Below are positions 19,165 to 30,777 of a stretch of 64,000 nt of DNA, one piece after another (position 1 is the stretch's first letter; the number at the start of each line of letters is the position of its first letter). Origin of the DNA: an uncultured delta proteobacterium (GTDB taxonomy: Bacteria > Desulfobacterota > Binatia > UBA9968); NCBI GenBank assembly GCA_963771465.1, contig CAVYTU010000017.1, positions 192,001 through 256,000 on the forward strand, given 5' to 3'. The position numbers were made by a program, and so were the translations under genes. The notes below the pieces were generated by a model that worked only from the letters and a program-made list of their open reading frames with translations, was not told where the DNA came from and did not search any database.

Positions 19165-22100
19165 TTAGCTAGATAGAGTTGTGGAACTTTCAATTACCGA
19201 GCCGAGTTTTTCGATAACTTCACTGACTAAGTAGGGTTTGTGGATGCAGCCCATGACGCCGGCTCGGAGGATCTCCGCTTTCAATTCTGGCTGCAGATAG
19301 CCGGTTGCGATAATAATGCGCACATCCGGGTTTTGCTCTTTTAGGCGAGGAATCACGTCTAAGCCGGTGACTTTAGGCAAGCCGAGATCGAGCAGCACCA
19401 CATCGATCTCTGCCTGGTGCTGTTGGTAGAGTTCGATCGCTTCTTTGCCGTCCTTGGCCGCCAAGACGCGGTAGCCCGCCCGCGGCAAGAGCTTTTTCAG
19501 AAGGCGCACCATTTGCTCTTCGTCCTCGACGACGAGAACAGTTCCTCGATGAGCGGCGTGATTTTGACCGGAAGCTTCCACTTTTATGGTTTCGTCGACC
19601 GGCGAAATTTCTATCGAGCGAAGCATGGGCAAATAAAGCCGAAACGTGGTGCCGTGCCCGACCTGGCTGTCCACTTCGATGAAACCATTGTGTTCTTTCA
19701 CGATCCCGTAAACGATTGCGAGTCCTAAGCCGGTGCCTTCGCCTACCCCTTTGGTCGTGAAGAAAGGCTCGAAAATGCGCGCGCGGATTTCTTCGCGCAT
19801 GCCGATACCCGTATCGCTGATCACCACGCAGACACAGCCATCCGCGCCAGCGCCAACTTGCCGGCCGGTCAATTCGTTGGCGTCGACTACATTCGTCGTG
19901 ATCGTAAGCGTACCGCCCGTCGGCATGGCGTCACGAGCATTGACGCTGATATTGAGGAGCGCTTGGCTGAGTTTGTTTGCATCGGCCGACACGAGCATTG
20001 GCCGGGGATCAAGAGCCAAGGCGACGGCGATCGTTTTGGGGAAAGTTTTGATCAAGTCACGGAGTGTCAAAACGATATCGTTGACGTTTGCCGGCGCTAA
20101 ACGCGTCTCCACCTTGCGCGCCACCGTGAGCAGTTGGCGCACCACCGCGGCGCCGCGATCGATTTCTTGGTTGATGATTTTCAAGCTCGCTTTGATCTGC
20201 GGGGTGGCCGAACGTTCATGGCCAATCAGCGTAGCGTAGCCGTTGATAACGTTGAGAATATTGTTGAAATCGTGCGCGATACCGCCCGCCAGCGTGCCGA
20301 CGCTCTCCATCTTTTGCGCGTGACGAAGCTGCTGTTCAAGATGCTTTTGCTCGGTGATGGTTTCCAGCAAAGCGCTGTGCGCTCGCTCTAGATCGGCCGT
20401 GCGCTCTTGCACTCGCCTCTCGAGATCTTCGTTAGTTTTGACTAATTCGTCCTTCGCTTGACGCAGCAGTTCGTCGGCGCGCTTGCGCTCCGAGATGTCG
20501 CGCACGATGCCGGTGAAAATACGCTGATCGCCGACGCGCGTTTCGCTTACCGCGAGTTCGCATGGAAAAGTTTCACCGCCCTTGCGCCGGCCGGATACTT
20601 CGCGGCCGACGCCGATTACTTTTTTGTCTCCCGTGCGCAGATAATTGCTGATATAGGAATCGTGCTCGGCCCGGTATGGATCGGCCGTAAGCATGCGAAT
20701 GTTCTGACCGATCATTTCCGCGGCCGGGTAAGCAAAGATGCGCTGGGCCGCCGGATTGACGGTATTTATCGTCCCGCGCTCGTCTATGGTAATGATACCA
20801 TCCACCGCCGTGTCAACCACGGCGCGCAAACGTTCCTCGCTATGCAGCAGGAGATCTTCGGTCTGAGTCCGTTCGATAAAGTCCGCAGCCTGACGGGCCA
20901 GCAAGTCCAGCAGCGTCAGCTGACGATCGGTGGGGCGATGTGGCTTTCGATAATGTGTCGATAGCATACCGACCAGATGGCCGGCACGACTGACCAGTGG
21001 GGTGGACTGAACCGCCCGCGCACCGGCTGCGAGCATCGCCTCGCGAGCGGGAGTATCGGCGAAAATTCGACTGGTGCTGACATCGTCCACGATGACCCGC
21101 GCGCCCAGTTGCATCGCGCTGCCGCAGGCGGCTGAGCCATCATGAACCGTATCGAAGAATTCAAGGAAAGGACTCTCGAAACCCCGTTGCGCGACGATCT
21201 TCAAGACGCTTGATCCGCGCTCGAAGAGTTGCACGTCACCCATGTCGGCGCCGGTGATTTCAATGCCAACGTCGAGAATATCGTGCAGCAGCGCGCCCGC
21301 GTCGTGGGTCTGCACGAGTCTTATGCTGAGCCGCTGCAATCGCGTCATCGCCGCCAAATCGGCGGCCAATTGTTTGTTGAGCGTGGCTATTTCGTTTTCG
21401 CTCCGCTTGCGCTCGGTGATGTCGTTAATCGATGCGACCCAGCCGTGGACTTGGCCGTGCTCGTCCTTGTCAGGCATGTAAAACACGCGAATGAAGCGAC
21501 TGCCAACTCGCTTGAACGGAATCTCCGCTTCGAATTCGACGGGCCGCCCCTGCAGGACGGTGTCCACGTAGGGTCGAATGGCTGCAAAACCTTCGGCGCC
21601 GATAATATCCAGGATCGGTCTGCCGATGATCTGCGTGGGCGTCAGGTCGAGCATCGCCGCATAGGCACGGTTGACGTAAGTATAGCGGAGATCGCGACTG
21701 CATTGGGTTAGCAATACCGGAGTGATATCGGTGATTGCGCGCAGCTGGAATCGCTGAGTCCGGAGGTCATCTTCGGCCCGCTTGCGCTCCATGAATTGGC
21801 CGATCTGCCCGCCAATATCGCTGACCATCTGCAGGAAATGATCGTCAGGTTCGCGAACCTCGCGACTGAAGCATTCGACGACGCCGAGAATCTCGCCACC
21901 CAGTTTGATTGGAAAGCCGAAGGCGCCGTGCAGCCCGTCTTTGCTAGCCAGTGGCGCGCGTGGGAAATTGCTGTCCGTGGTAACGTCGGCGATCCAGGCT
22001 GCCGCGCCGGTGCTCCAAACTCGGCCGGGTAATTCCACTCCGGCAGGAAAGCGGCGTTGTTTGGTGTCGGCCGCAAATAATGGCGCCTGTAGGGTGGGCA

Positions 22101-23283
22101 GATGCCACACCTCGACGCAGCGCAATTCATTGGCAGAACGATCGATGTTCCAGAGCGCGCCCCAGTCCCATCGGGCCCGCTCGCAGAGAACTTGGAGGAT
22201 CTGTGGAACAGCCTCCTTAAGCGTCGGAGACTCTGCCAGCACGCGGTTAACCGCCTCCTGGACCTCCAGACGTTGCTGGACTCGCCTGCTCTCAGAGATG
22301 ACAGAAGCAAGCACCAAGGTCGCAGCGGCGATGGTGCCCATGAAACCCTGAAGGCGGAGCAGGGATTCATGGGGATTGGCATCCGCATACGGACCGACGC
22401 CCAATTGAGTGCCTACTAACGCAACGCTCGACATGATCATCGCTGAAGTTACGGCGCCGCGTTGACCGAAACGGAAAGCCGCCCACAATAGTGGAAGGAC
22501 GACTGCATAATCCGGGCTCGAAGAAATGCCTCTGAGAAATATCAAGTAACCGATCAAAAGCAGCGATAGTAGCAGTCCGCCAGCCTCCATCACCCGCTTC
22601 GGATTCCATTGAGGAAATGGCTGCGTCACCCAGATCACTAGGAGCGGCGCAACGATCAAATCGCCCACCGCATCGCCCAGCCACCAGGTAAGCCAAATCG
22701 CTTCATAGCGATCCCATGGAGCGAAGCCCGTCAGGGTCAAGCTGGTAACTCCCAAGGTCGCACTCACGGCCGTGCTCAGAATCGGGCCGAGCACGACAAA
22801 CTTGAAAATGTTTCTGGCTCGTTCGAAGGCTTTGGCCCCATTGGCAAAACGGACGATCGCCCAAGCTCCCAGCAGCGCCTCTAGCGTATTGCCGGCCGCG
22901 ATGCCGAGCGTGGTCACCAGCGATCCTTGCGTGGTGATGTTCACCAGGAAGGCGCCGATAAAAATTCCCGGCCAAAGGCGGTATCCCCAAAGTAGGAGCG
23001 CCGCTAGCGCGATCCCAGTAGGAGGCCAAACCGCAGAGGTGCTCGCGTGAATATAGGCCCAAGAAAGGCCAATCTTACCGGCGCAAAAATATACTGCCGC
23101 GAGAGCCACGATCGCTGTCGATGTGCGCAACCATGGTCGCTTATTAAAGTCACCGCTTAGTACCGGCCAGGAGCTTAGGGTCAAAAAATTTCCCTTTCGA
23201 TGGTGAACTGAAGTTAAAATGGGATCTGGGTGGAACACCGGGTGTTCACCCCCGGTCTCATTTCCCGAAGTCAGTTTAGCCAT
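19165..23283 (-). CDS. Hybrid sensor histidine kinase (MASE1-GAF-PAS-GAF-PAS-HisKA-HATPase-REC)
   Basis: VWPPTGIALA/WWLGDAVG MASE1 motifs, two DITERK-type PAC ends, GGIAHDFNN H-box, EPFFTTK..GTGLGL, VEDE..LLDLGLP receiver. Confidence 0.92.
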   Translation of the reverse strand: MAKLTSGNETGGEHPVFHPDPILTSVHHRKGNFLTLSSWPVLSGDFNKRPWLRTSTAIVALAAVYFCAGKIGLSWAYIHASTSAVWPPTGIALAALLLWGYRLWPGIFIGAFLVNITTQGSLVTTLGIAAGNTLEALLGAWAIVRFANGAKAFERARNIFKFVVLGPILSTAVSATLGVTSLTLTGFAPWDRYEAIWLTWWLGDAVGDLIVAPLLVIWVTQPFPQWNPKRVMEAGGLLLSLLLIGYLIFLRGISSSPDYAVVLPLLWAAFRFGQRGAVTSAMIMSSVALVGTQLGVGPYADANPHESLLRLQGFMGTIAAATLVLASVISESRRVQQRLEVQEAVNRVLAESPTLKEAVPQILQVLCERARWDWGALWNIDRSANELRCVEVWHLPTLQAPLFAADTKQRRFPAGVELPGRVWSTGAAAWIADVTTDSNFPRAPLASKDGLHGAFGFPIKLGGEILGVVECFSREVREPDDHFLQMVSDIGGQIGQFMERKRAEDDLRTQRFQLRAITDITPVLLTQCSRDLRYTYVNRAYAAMLDLTPTQIIGRPILDIIGAEGFAAIRPYVDTVLQGRPVEFEAEIPFKRVGSRFIRVFYMPDKDEHGQVHGWVASINDITERKRSENEIATLNKQLAADLAAMTRLQRLSIRLVQTHDAGALLHDILDVGIEITGADMGDVQLFERGSSVLKIVAQRGFESPFLEFFDTVHDGSAACGSAMQLGARVIVDDVSTSRIFADTPAREAMLAAGARAVQSTPLVSRAGHLVGMLSTHYRKPHRPTDRQLTLLDLLARQAADFIERTQTEDLLLHSEERLRAVVDTAVDGIITIDERGTINTVNPAAQRIFAYPAAEMIGQNIRMLTADPYRAEHDSYISNYLRTGDKKVIGVGREVSGRRKGGETFPCELAVSETRVGDQRIFTGIVRDISERKRADELLRQAKDELVKTNEDLERRVQERTADLERAHSALLETITEQKHLEQQLRHAQKMESVGTLAGGIAHDFNNILNVINGYATLIGHERSATPQIKASLKIINQEIDRGAAVVRQLLTVARKVETRLAPANVNDIVLTLRDLIKTFPKTIAVALALDPRPMLVSADANKLSQALLNISVNARDAMPTGGTLTITTNVVDANELTGRQVGAGADGCVCVVISDTGIGMREEIRARIFEPFFTTKGVGEGTGLGLAIVYGIVKEHNGFIEVDSQVGHGTTFRLYLPMLRSIEISPVDETIKVEASGQNHAAHRGTVLVVEDEEQMVRLLKKLLPRAGYRVLAAKDGKEAIELYQQHQAEIDVVLLDLGLPKVTGLDVIPRLKEQNPDVRIIIATGYLQPELKAEILRAGVMGCIHKPYLVSEVIEKLGSVIESSTTLSS

Positions 23284-23548
23284 GAATCAGTCTTCCAAAG
23301 GTGCGAGTAGCGGGCCATATCCTTATCCTTCTCATTTGTAGTTTGTCAATCTATTTTTACTTTTACCGCGGTGTTGTCGTCGATTGAATTGAACTGTTGC
23401 CCGCACCAACTTTGAGCCGGGATTATCGCTAGAATGTGAATCGGAAAAAAAAGCGGTGCTGGTCCGACTATGCTCTAGTCTTTGCTCTAGCTGCAAAAAG
23501 TGCTATGGGAGGGCACTTCCGACAATTTAATGCTTCTGTCAGGCGGCT

Positions 23549-23902
23549 ATGTCAAAAAGAATCCTCGTTGTCGATAACGAACAACGCAGCCGGGAAATCA
23601 TCGCGCACTTTTTGCGCGAAGCAGAATACGACGTCGGGGAGGCAGATGACGGCGTAAGCGCCATCCAAATGCTTGCCAAAAATAAATATGACTTGATGAT
23701 TTGTGATGTCGTCATGCCTCAGTTGGGGGCCTTTGACGTGATCAGTTACATGAAGTCCCGCTCGCTCTCGACGTCAGTCATACTGATCACGGGACATCCC
23801 GACTTGCTCGCGAGACGAGGCCTCGGACATTTACCCCATTTTGCCAAGCCCTTTAATATGTATGATCTGCTCCGCATGGTTGAAAAATTGCTCAGTGCAT
23901 AA
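23549..23902 (+). CDS. Single-domain response regulator
   Basis: ILVVDNE, ICDVVMP, ILITG, AKPF; divergent from the hybrid kinase. Confidence 0.88.
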   Translation: MSKRILVVDNEQRSREIIAHFLREAEYDVGEADDGVSAIQMLAKNKYDLMICDVVMPQLGAFDVISYMKSRSLSTSVILITGHPDLLARRGLGHLPHFAKPFNMYDLLRMVEKLLSA

Positions 23903-24182
23903 ACGGCTGGGTTAGCCATCCGTCTCAGATTCGCTCGCCTTTGATAGTCTTTAGATTTACTCTCGGAAAGAAGGAAACCGCCAGGTGGGAGTGGGGTCGA
24001 CGACGAGTTCCACACGGCTTTCTACTGAAAAACCCACATGGTTTTTTTCTCGAGTCTGCGGCTTTGGCGGCTGAGGTAGAGTTTTGGAGTTGAGGGGAGG
24101 CTTGGAAATTGAAGGGTGAAGTCTTTAGGACGAGTCTCATCGCCTGATACCGCGCAGCTTACCGCGGGTGTTCATTGAAGCC

Positions 24183-24232
24183 AAAAAGAAAGGCCCGTTG
24201 CCAACGTCTTTCAACGCTGGTAACGGGCCTTT
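24183..24232 (-). terminator. Rho-independent terminator of groESL
   Basis: Inverted repeat aaaggcccgttgcca / tggtaacgggccttt followed by a T-rich tract on the minus strand. Confidence 0.8.
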
Positions 24233-24250
24233 GGCAAGAGTGCGGTTGTT

Positions 24251-25927
<1,677 letters not shown>

Positions 25928-25951
25928 TCAGTTTCTCGAAAAATTATCTTA

Positions 25952-26242
25952 TTATTTGTCGATGATACCGAGGATATCATCCTCGCGCATGATCATGTGT
26001 TCTTCGCCGTCGATATTGATTTCGCTGCCGGAATATTTCCCGAATAGCACTCGGTCATTCACTTTAACATCGAGCGGGGTGATCTTGCCGTCATCGTTGA
26101 CTTTTCCCTTACCGACCGCCACGACTTTGCCTTCCTGCGGCTTCTCCTTGGCGGTGTCGGGGATGAAGATCCCTCCCTTGCTCTTTTCCTCTTCCTCGAT
26201 GCGTTTGACGATGACCCGGTCTTGCAAAGGCCTTATTTTCAC
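25952..26242 (-). CDS. groS: Co-chaperonin GroES
   Basis: RPLQDRV...[16 protein letters not shown]; GTG start with GGAGG RBS. Confidence 0.98.
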   Translation of the reverse strand: MKIRPLQDRVIVKRIEEEEKSKGGIFIPDTAKEKPQEGKVVAVGKGKVNDDGKITPLDVKVNDRVLFGKYSGSEINIDGEEHMIMREDDILGIIDK

Positions 26243-26346
26243 GTCCTGCCTCCTTTCAGATTTTCAACTTAAACTACTATTTTTTATGGAGTTTGCCGGG
26301 ACTATCGCGTTCGCAAAAAGATCCCCGGATAGTCCTCGGCGCGGTC

Positions 26347-26375
26347 AATCTAAGCATTGATTAGTCGATGTCAAG
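26347..26375 (-). promoter_or_regulatory. Putative sigma70 promoter of groESL
   Basis: Minus strand TTGACA-N16-TAGATT. Confidence 0.5.
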
Positions 26376-26430
26376 GTTTTTCATGTGAAATTTCGTTTTG
26401 GTTTACCGTTGCCGCACGGCTAACGCCAGG

Positions 26431-26706
26431 TCAGCGGCGCTGCTTGCGGGACTCCTCTTCGAAATATTTGCGGTATAGGATATCCCACTCCCGGCTGCCA
26501 GGCGGCACGCGACGCGAAAGCGATTGGATTTTCTGCCGGACGATATCGTCGATCTGGTCTTCGCGCTGAAAAAAATCATGTAGCACCAGTTTGGTATCAG
26601 CGAGCGCCCGGCCCTCGCTGGGAAAATCGCCCAGGTTTCCCTTGCGCACGGCGTCGATCACCAGGTGGGCGAGATGGGAGATGCGGCTGTCGGACAAACG
26701 GGTCAC
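26431..26706 (-). CDS. DUF507-family protein
   Basis: RLSDSRISHLA...VPPGSREWDILYRKYFEEE. Confidence 0.75.
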   Translation of the reverse strand: MTRLSDSRISHLAHLVIDAVRKGNLGDFPSEGRALADTKLVLHDFFQREDQIDDIVRQKIQSLSRRVPPGSREWDILYRKYFEEESRKQRR

Positions 26707-26978
26707 AGGATAAAACCTTTCTTGGCCGCGAGTTTCTGTTTGGCGAGCAGAAACATCTTAAACGGGTCCATATCCCGCGACGCTTGAGCGACGGAGGCTA
26801 GCATCTTGCGCGCTTCTTCTTCGATCGCTTCTTCCTCGGCAAAATTCTTGGCGATCACGTCGGCGATGGTCTTTTTTATCGCCGCGTCAGTGGCTTTGCC
26901 GACCATCAGTTCATTCTTCTTATAGCTGGCGAGCAGCAAGCTTGCGATCTGGTCAAGCTGTTCCGGCTTAATTTTCAT
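26703..26978 (-). CDS. DUF507-family protein
   Basis: MKIKPEQ...EEEARKML...KMFLLAKQKLAAKKGFIL. Confidence 0.75.
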   Translation of the reverse strand: MKIKPEQLDQIASLLLASYKKNELMVGKATDAAIKKTIADVIAKNFAEEEAIEEEARKMLASVAQASRDMDPFKMFLLAKQKLAAKKGFIL

Positions 26979-26982
26979 CAGC

Positions 26983-27282
26983 TGTGGAAAACTCTGTGGA
27001 TAACCTGCTCGTTAACGGTTAATAGCCCGGTAGACGTTGTGGGTTTAAAGTTCGTATCTATCGGTCACGCGCGCTGAAGTCAATTGCCGATTGGCTCCCG
27101 TGCACGTTTGGAAATGACCTTTTAGGCGGGAAAATGTTGTGATTCCTGGGCTTTTTTGCCAATATGATTTTGCCTGACCGAGTTCCATGGAAATTCCATT
27201 AAGAATTTATACACAGCCCGGTATCGCCTGGGTTGTTTATCTGCCAATACCCTGTGTGGAGAACTCATTTGGCTGTGCATAA
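26983..27282. promoter_or_regulatory. Cluster of DnaA boxes
   Basis: TGTGGAAAA 26983, TGTGGATAA 26995, TTATACACA 27207, TGTGGAGAA 27255 (1 mismatch), TGTGCATAA 27274 versus consensus TTWTNCACA. Confidence 0.65.
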
Positions 27283-28177
27283 GCCGCGCCGCTTGAAGCC
27301 GGGGGCGCTGATCGGCGTCATCGCGCCAGCCAGTTCGGTGGAGTCTCGTGCGCTCCAAGCCGGCGTCGCCGCGCTCAGAGCTGAGGGCTTCGAAGTTGAG
27401 ATCGGCGCCAGCGTTTACGAGCAAAAAGGTTACCTTGCCGGCAGCGCTGACAAGCGCGCCGCCGATCTCGATGGCTTCTTTCGCCGTGACGATATTGACG
27501 CGATTTTTTGCGCCCGCGGCGGTTTTGGCTCGATCCAAACGCTACCCTACTTAGCTGCGACGCTAAAAAATCATCCGAAAATCTTCGTCGGCTACAGCGA
27601 TATCACCGTGCTGCTCAACTGGCTCTACCAATTTTGTGCTATGATCACGTTCCACGCGCCGATGGTGGCCGAAGATTTTGCCCGCGGCTTGTCGGAGCAG
27701 GGCAGAAAACTGTTGTGGTGTGTCCTGCGCGGCGAAGATTGTGGTTGGACGTTGTCCTTGGACGAGTCGATCCGTCCCGGCATCGCTGACGCCGAAATGA
27801 TGGGCGGCTGTTTGTCGCTGTTGGTGACCACGTTAGGCACGTCCTACGAGATCGATAGCCGCGGTAAATTGCTTTTCTTGGAGGATGTCGGCGAGCGTCC
27901 TTACCGTGTTGAGCGCATGCTGACTCATCTCAAGATGGCTGGCAAGCTGGATCATGTGGCGGGTGTCGTGTTTGGCGATTTTATCCGCTGTGAAGATGAA
28001 GGCTCGAGAGATGTCAAAGAAGTTATCTGCGAACTATTTCATGACGCGCGCTATCCGGTCGTCATGGGATTGAGAGCGGGGCACGGGCCGGAAAATATTA
28101 CTCTACCCTTCGGCGCCAGGATGCGTCTCGATGGCGAGCGGGCGACTTTGGCTTTACTCGAATCGCCGGTAAGCTGA
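27269..28177 (+). CDS. ldcA: Muramoyltetrapeptide LD-carboxypeptidase (S66)
   Basis: IAPAS, CARGGFG, GYSDIT, FLEDVGE and GHG motifs; TTG start with GGAGA RBS inferred. Confidence 0.9.
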   Translation: MAVHKPRRLKPGALIGVIAPASSVESRALQAGVAALRAEGFEVEIGASVYEQKGYLAGSADKRAADLDGFFRRDDIDAIFCARGGFGSIQTLPYLAATLKNHPKIFVGYSDITVLLNWLYQFCAMITFHAPMVAEDFARGLSEQGRKLLWCVLRGEDCGWTLSLDESIRPGIADAEMMGGCLSLLVTTLGTSYEIDSRGKLLFLEDVGERPYRVERMLTHLKMAGKLDHVAGVVFGDFIRCEDEGSRDVKEVICELFHDARYPVVMGLRAGHGPENITLPFGARMRLDGERATLALLESPVS

Positions 28178-28234
28178 TTGCGACAAATTCTCTAATCTGT
28201 ATTCTATCCAGTATCATCCAATGAAATTTTAACC

Positions 28235-29362
28235 ATGGATTTTCATGCCGTTGAAACCGCTTGCCAGGATGCCGTGGCGCAGGGTGTTTTTCCCGGCGCT
28301 GTTTTACTCATCGCAAAAGATCAAGATGTCGTTTTTGAGCAGGCCTTCGGACAGCGCTCGCTGGTACCGGATAAGTCGCCGCTGCGGGTCGAGACGATTT
28401 TCGATATCGCTTCACTGACCAAGCCGCTGGCGACGACCACGGCGATCATGCTGCTGGTGCGGGAAAAAAAAATTCGCCTGGACGATCAGATCACGCGGGT
28501 GATTCCGATGTATGGCGTCCTCGGCAAAAGTCTGACGACGTTTCGCCATTTGCTCGCGCACGGCGGCGGTTTGCCGGCATGGAAGCCGTACTTCGAAGAG
28601 ATCATCAAAAGTGAGAAGGCCGGGCGAATCAATTTTACCGCCAGCCGCGCCGCCAAGAGCTACGTTTACGAACAGATTCATCGCGACAAATCGATAAGCC
28701 CGCCGGGCACGCAAAGCCTTTACAGCGACCTCGGCTTCATCATTCTCGCCGAAGCCGTCGAAATTCTCACCGGCAATTCGCTGGATCGCTTTTGCCAAGA
28801 TCGAATATTCAAGCCCATGGGGATGCGCGCAACCGGCTTCGTCGATCTAAGCCAACTTCGAACGCGCCGTTTAGAGCCAGTAACCGAGATGATCGCGCCC
28901 ACGGAAAACTGTCCCTGGCGCAAAAAAGTTCTCTGCGGCGAAGTCCACGATGACAACGCCTACGCCATGGGCGGCGTGTCCGGTCACGCCGGACTGTTCT
29001 CCTCGGTCCGTGACATTCATGCTTTTGTCTCCCGGCTGGATCAGTGCCGCAGGAGTAAAGATAGTTTCTTGCCGCAGCCATTGGTTGAAGAGTTTCTGAC
29101 TAAAGATCAAACCGTCAGCCAGTCGACCTTCGCACTCGGTTGGGATACGCCGACGCCGGGGCAATCGTCGAGCGGCAGTCTGTTTTCACCCCGATCCGTC
29201 GGCCATCTCGGTTTCACCGGTTGCTCGATTTGGTGGGATCTGGAAAAAAATTGCCACGTCGTGCTCATGACCAATCGGGTGCACCCGACGCGCAAGAACG
29301 ACAAGATCAAAGAGTTTCGCCCGCTGATTCACGACCTGATCATGAAAGCGCTTTTTGCATGA
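28235..29362 (+). CDS. Serine hydrolase, beta-lactamase class C/esterase family
   Basis: FDIASLTK (SxxK), YSDLGF, GEVHDDNA, GHLGFTG, TNRVHP. Confidence 0.88.
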   Translation: MDFHAVETACQDAVAQGVFPGAVLLIAKDQDVVFEQAFGQRSLVPDKSPLRVETIFDIASLTKPLATTTAIMLLVREKKIRLDDQITRVIPMYGVLGKSLTTFRHLLAHGGGLPAWKPYFEEIIKSEKAGRINFTASRAAKSYVYEQIHRDKSISPPGTQSLYSDLGFIILAEAVEILTGNSLDRFCQDRIFKPMGMRATGFVDLSQLRTRRLEPVTEMIAPTENCPWRKKVLCGEVHDDNAYAMGGVSGHAGLFSSVRDIHAFVSRLDQCRRSKDSFLPQPLVEEFLTKDQTVSQSTFALGWDTPTPGQSSSGSLFSPRSVGHLGFTGCSIWWDLEKNCHVVLMTNRVHPTRKNDKIKEFRPLIHDLIMKALFA

Positions 29363-30777
29363 ACGATTTACCGCCGCCGGGCAGCCATATCCATCTGGTC
29401 GCGGTTTGCGGTGTTGGCATGGCGTCCCTCGCCGGGCTGCTTAAATCGCGCGGCTACCGCATCACCGGGTCGGATCAGAACGTTTATCCGCCGATGAGCA
29501 CTTATCTTGCGGACATCGGCATCACCGTGCTCGCGGGCTATCACGCCGAGCATGTCACGCCGCCGCCCGATCTCGTGGTCATCGGCAACGCCGTGTCGCG
29601 CGGCAACGCCGAAGCCGAAGCCGTCCTCAGCCAGCGTATTCCATACATTTCGTTTCCCCAGGCACTGGGTCAGTTTCTGATCGGTGCGCGAACGTCGTTG
29701 GTGATCACCGGCACCCACGGCAAGACGACGACGACAGCTTTGGCGGCTTGGGTGCTGACCCGCGCCGGGCTCGATCCGGGTTTTTTTGTCGGCGGCGTGC
29801 CGCTCAACTTCGGCAGCGGCTGGCGACCCGGCAGCGGCGATCACGTTGTCCTTGAGGGCGATGAATATGACACTGCGTTTTTCGACAAGGGACCCAAGTT
29901 TCTCCACTACCGGCCAAAAAACGTTATTCTTACCAGTGTGGAGTTCGATCACGCCGATATTTATCGCGATCTTGACCATGTCAAAAGCGCGTTCGCCCGG
30001 TTAATCGAAATTATTCCTAGCGATGGAATACTTGTCGTGTGCAGTGACTACGCCGAAGCGATGTCGGTTTCACAGGGATTGCATTCGCGGCGGATTACCT
30101 ACGGCGATAACGGCGATTGGACGGCACAAGATATTCAGTTCCGCGAGGGTCGGACTTTTTTTGCGCCGTGCTACAAAGGCCGGTGCGAAGGCACGCTGGA
30201 GGCCGCGGTTATCGGTCGGCACAACGTCAAAAACGCGTTGGCGGTCTACGCCATGGGGCGGGCCATGGGCCTCGAGCGCGGCAAGCTGCTCGAAGGCTTG
30301 GGCGACTTCAAGGGCGTTAAGCGGCGCCAGGAGATTCGCGGCGAGGCACGCCGCGTTCTGGTGATCGATGATTTCGCGCATCATCCGACCGCCGTGCGCG
30401 AGACGATCGACGCGGTGCGCACCGCCTACCAAGGGCGCAGACTCTGGGCGATCTTTGAGCCCCGCAGCAATACCAGCAAACGCAATATCTTTGAAAAGGA
30501 GTTCGTCGCGGCGTTGTCATTGGCGGACAAAGTGATCGTCGCCGGTGTCCATCAACCGGAGAAAGTGCCGCAAGGAGAGCGGCTTTCGGTTGCCAGCGTC
30601 GTGGAAAAGATCAATCGAGTTGATGGCGATTCTCGCGCGCTGGCGATCGCAGGTGCGCTGGAGATTGCCGATTATGTCGCGCACAACGCGCGCAGCGGCG
30701 ATGTTGTGCTGGTCATGTCGAACGGCGGTTTTGACGGGGTGCACGATAAAATTCTTCAGGCCCTGTCGGCCAAATAG
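29359..30777 (+). CDS. mpl: UDP-N-acetylmuramate:L-alanyl-gamma-D-glutamyl-meso-diaminopimelate ligase
   Basis: VCGVGMASLA, GSDQNVYPPMS, GTHGKTTT, EGDEYDTAFFDK, DDFAHHPT, FEPRSNT; ATGA overlap with upstream gene. Confidence 0.93.
   Translation: MNDLPPPGSHIHLVAVCGVGMASLAGLLKSRGYRITGSDQNVYPPMSTYLADIGITVLAGYHAEHVTPPPDLVVIGNAVSRGNAEAEAVLSQRIPYISFPQALGQFLIGARTSLVITGTHGKTTTTALAAWVLTRAGLDPGFFVGGVPLNFGSGWRPGSGDHVVLEGDEYDTAFFDKGPKFLHYRPKNVILTSVEFDHADIYRDLDHVKSAFARLIEIIPSDGILVVCSDYAEAMSVSQGLHSRRITYGDNGDWTAQDIQFREGRTFFAPCYKGRCEGTLEAAVIGRHNVKNALAVYAMGRAMGLERGKLLEGLGDFKGVKRRQEIRGEARRVLVIDDFAHHPTAVRETIDAVRTAYQGRRLWAIFEPRSNTSKRNIFEKEFVAALSLADKVIVAGVHQPEKVPQGERLSVASVVEKINRVDGDSRALAIAGALEIADYVAHNARSGDVVLVMSNGGFDGVHDKILQALSAK

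Noticed and set aside
23925-24140. 71-aa minus-strand ORF between the response regulator and the groEL terminator
   Set aside because: No recognisable motif or convincing RBS; probably non-coding
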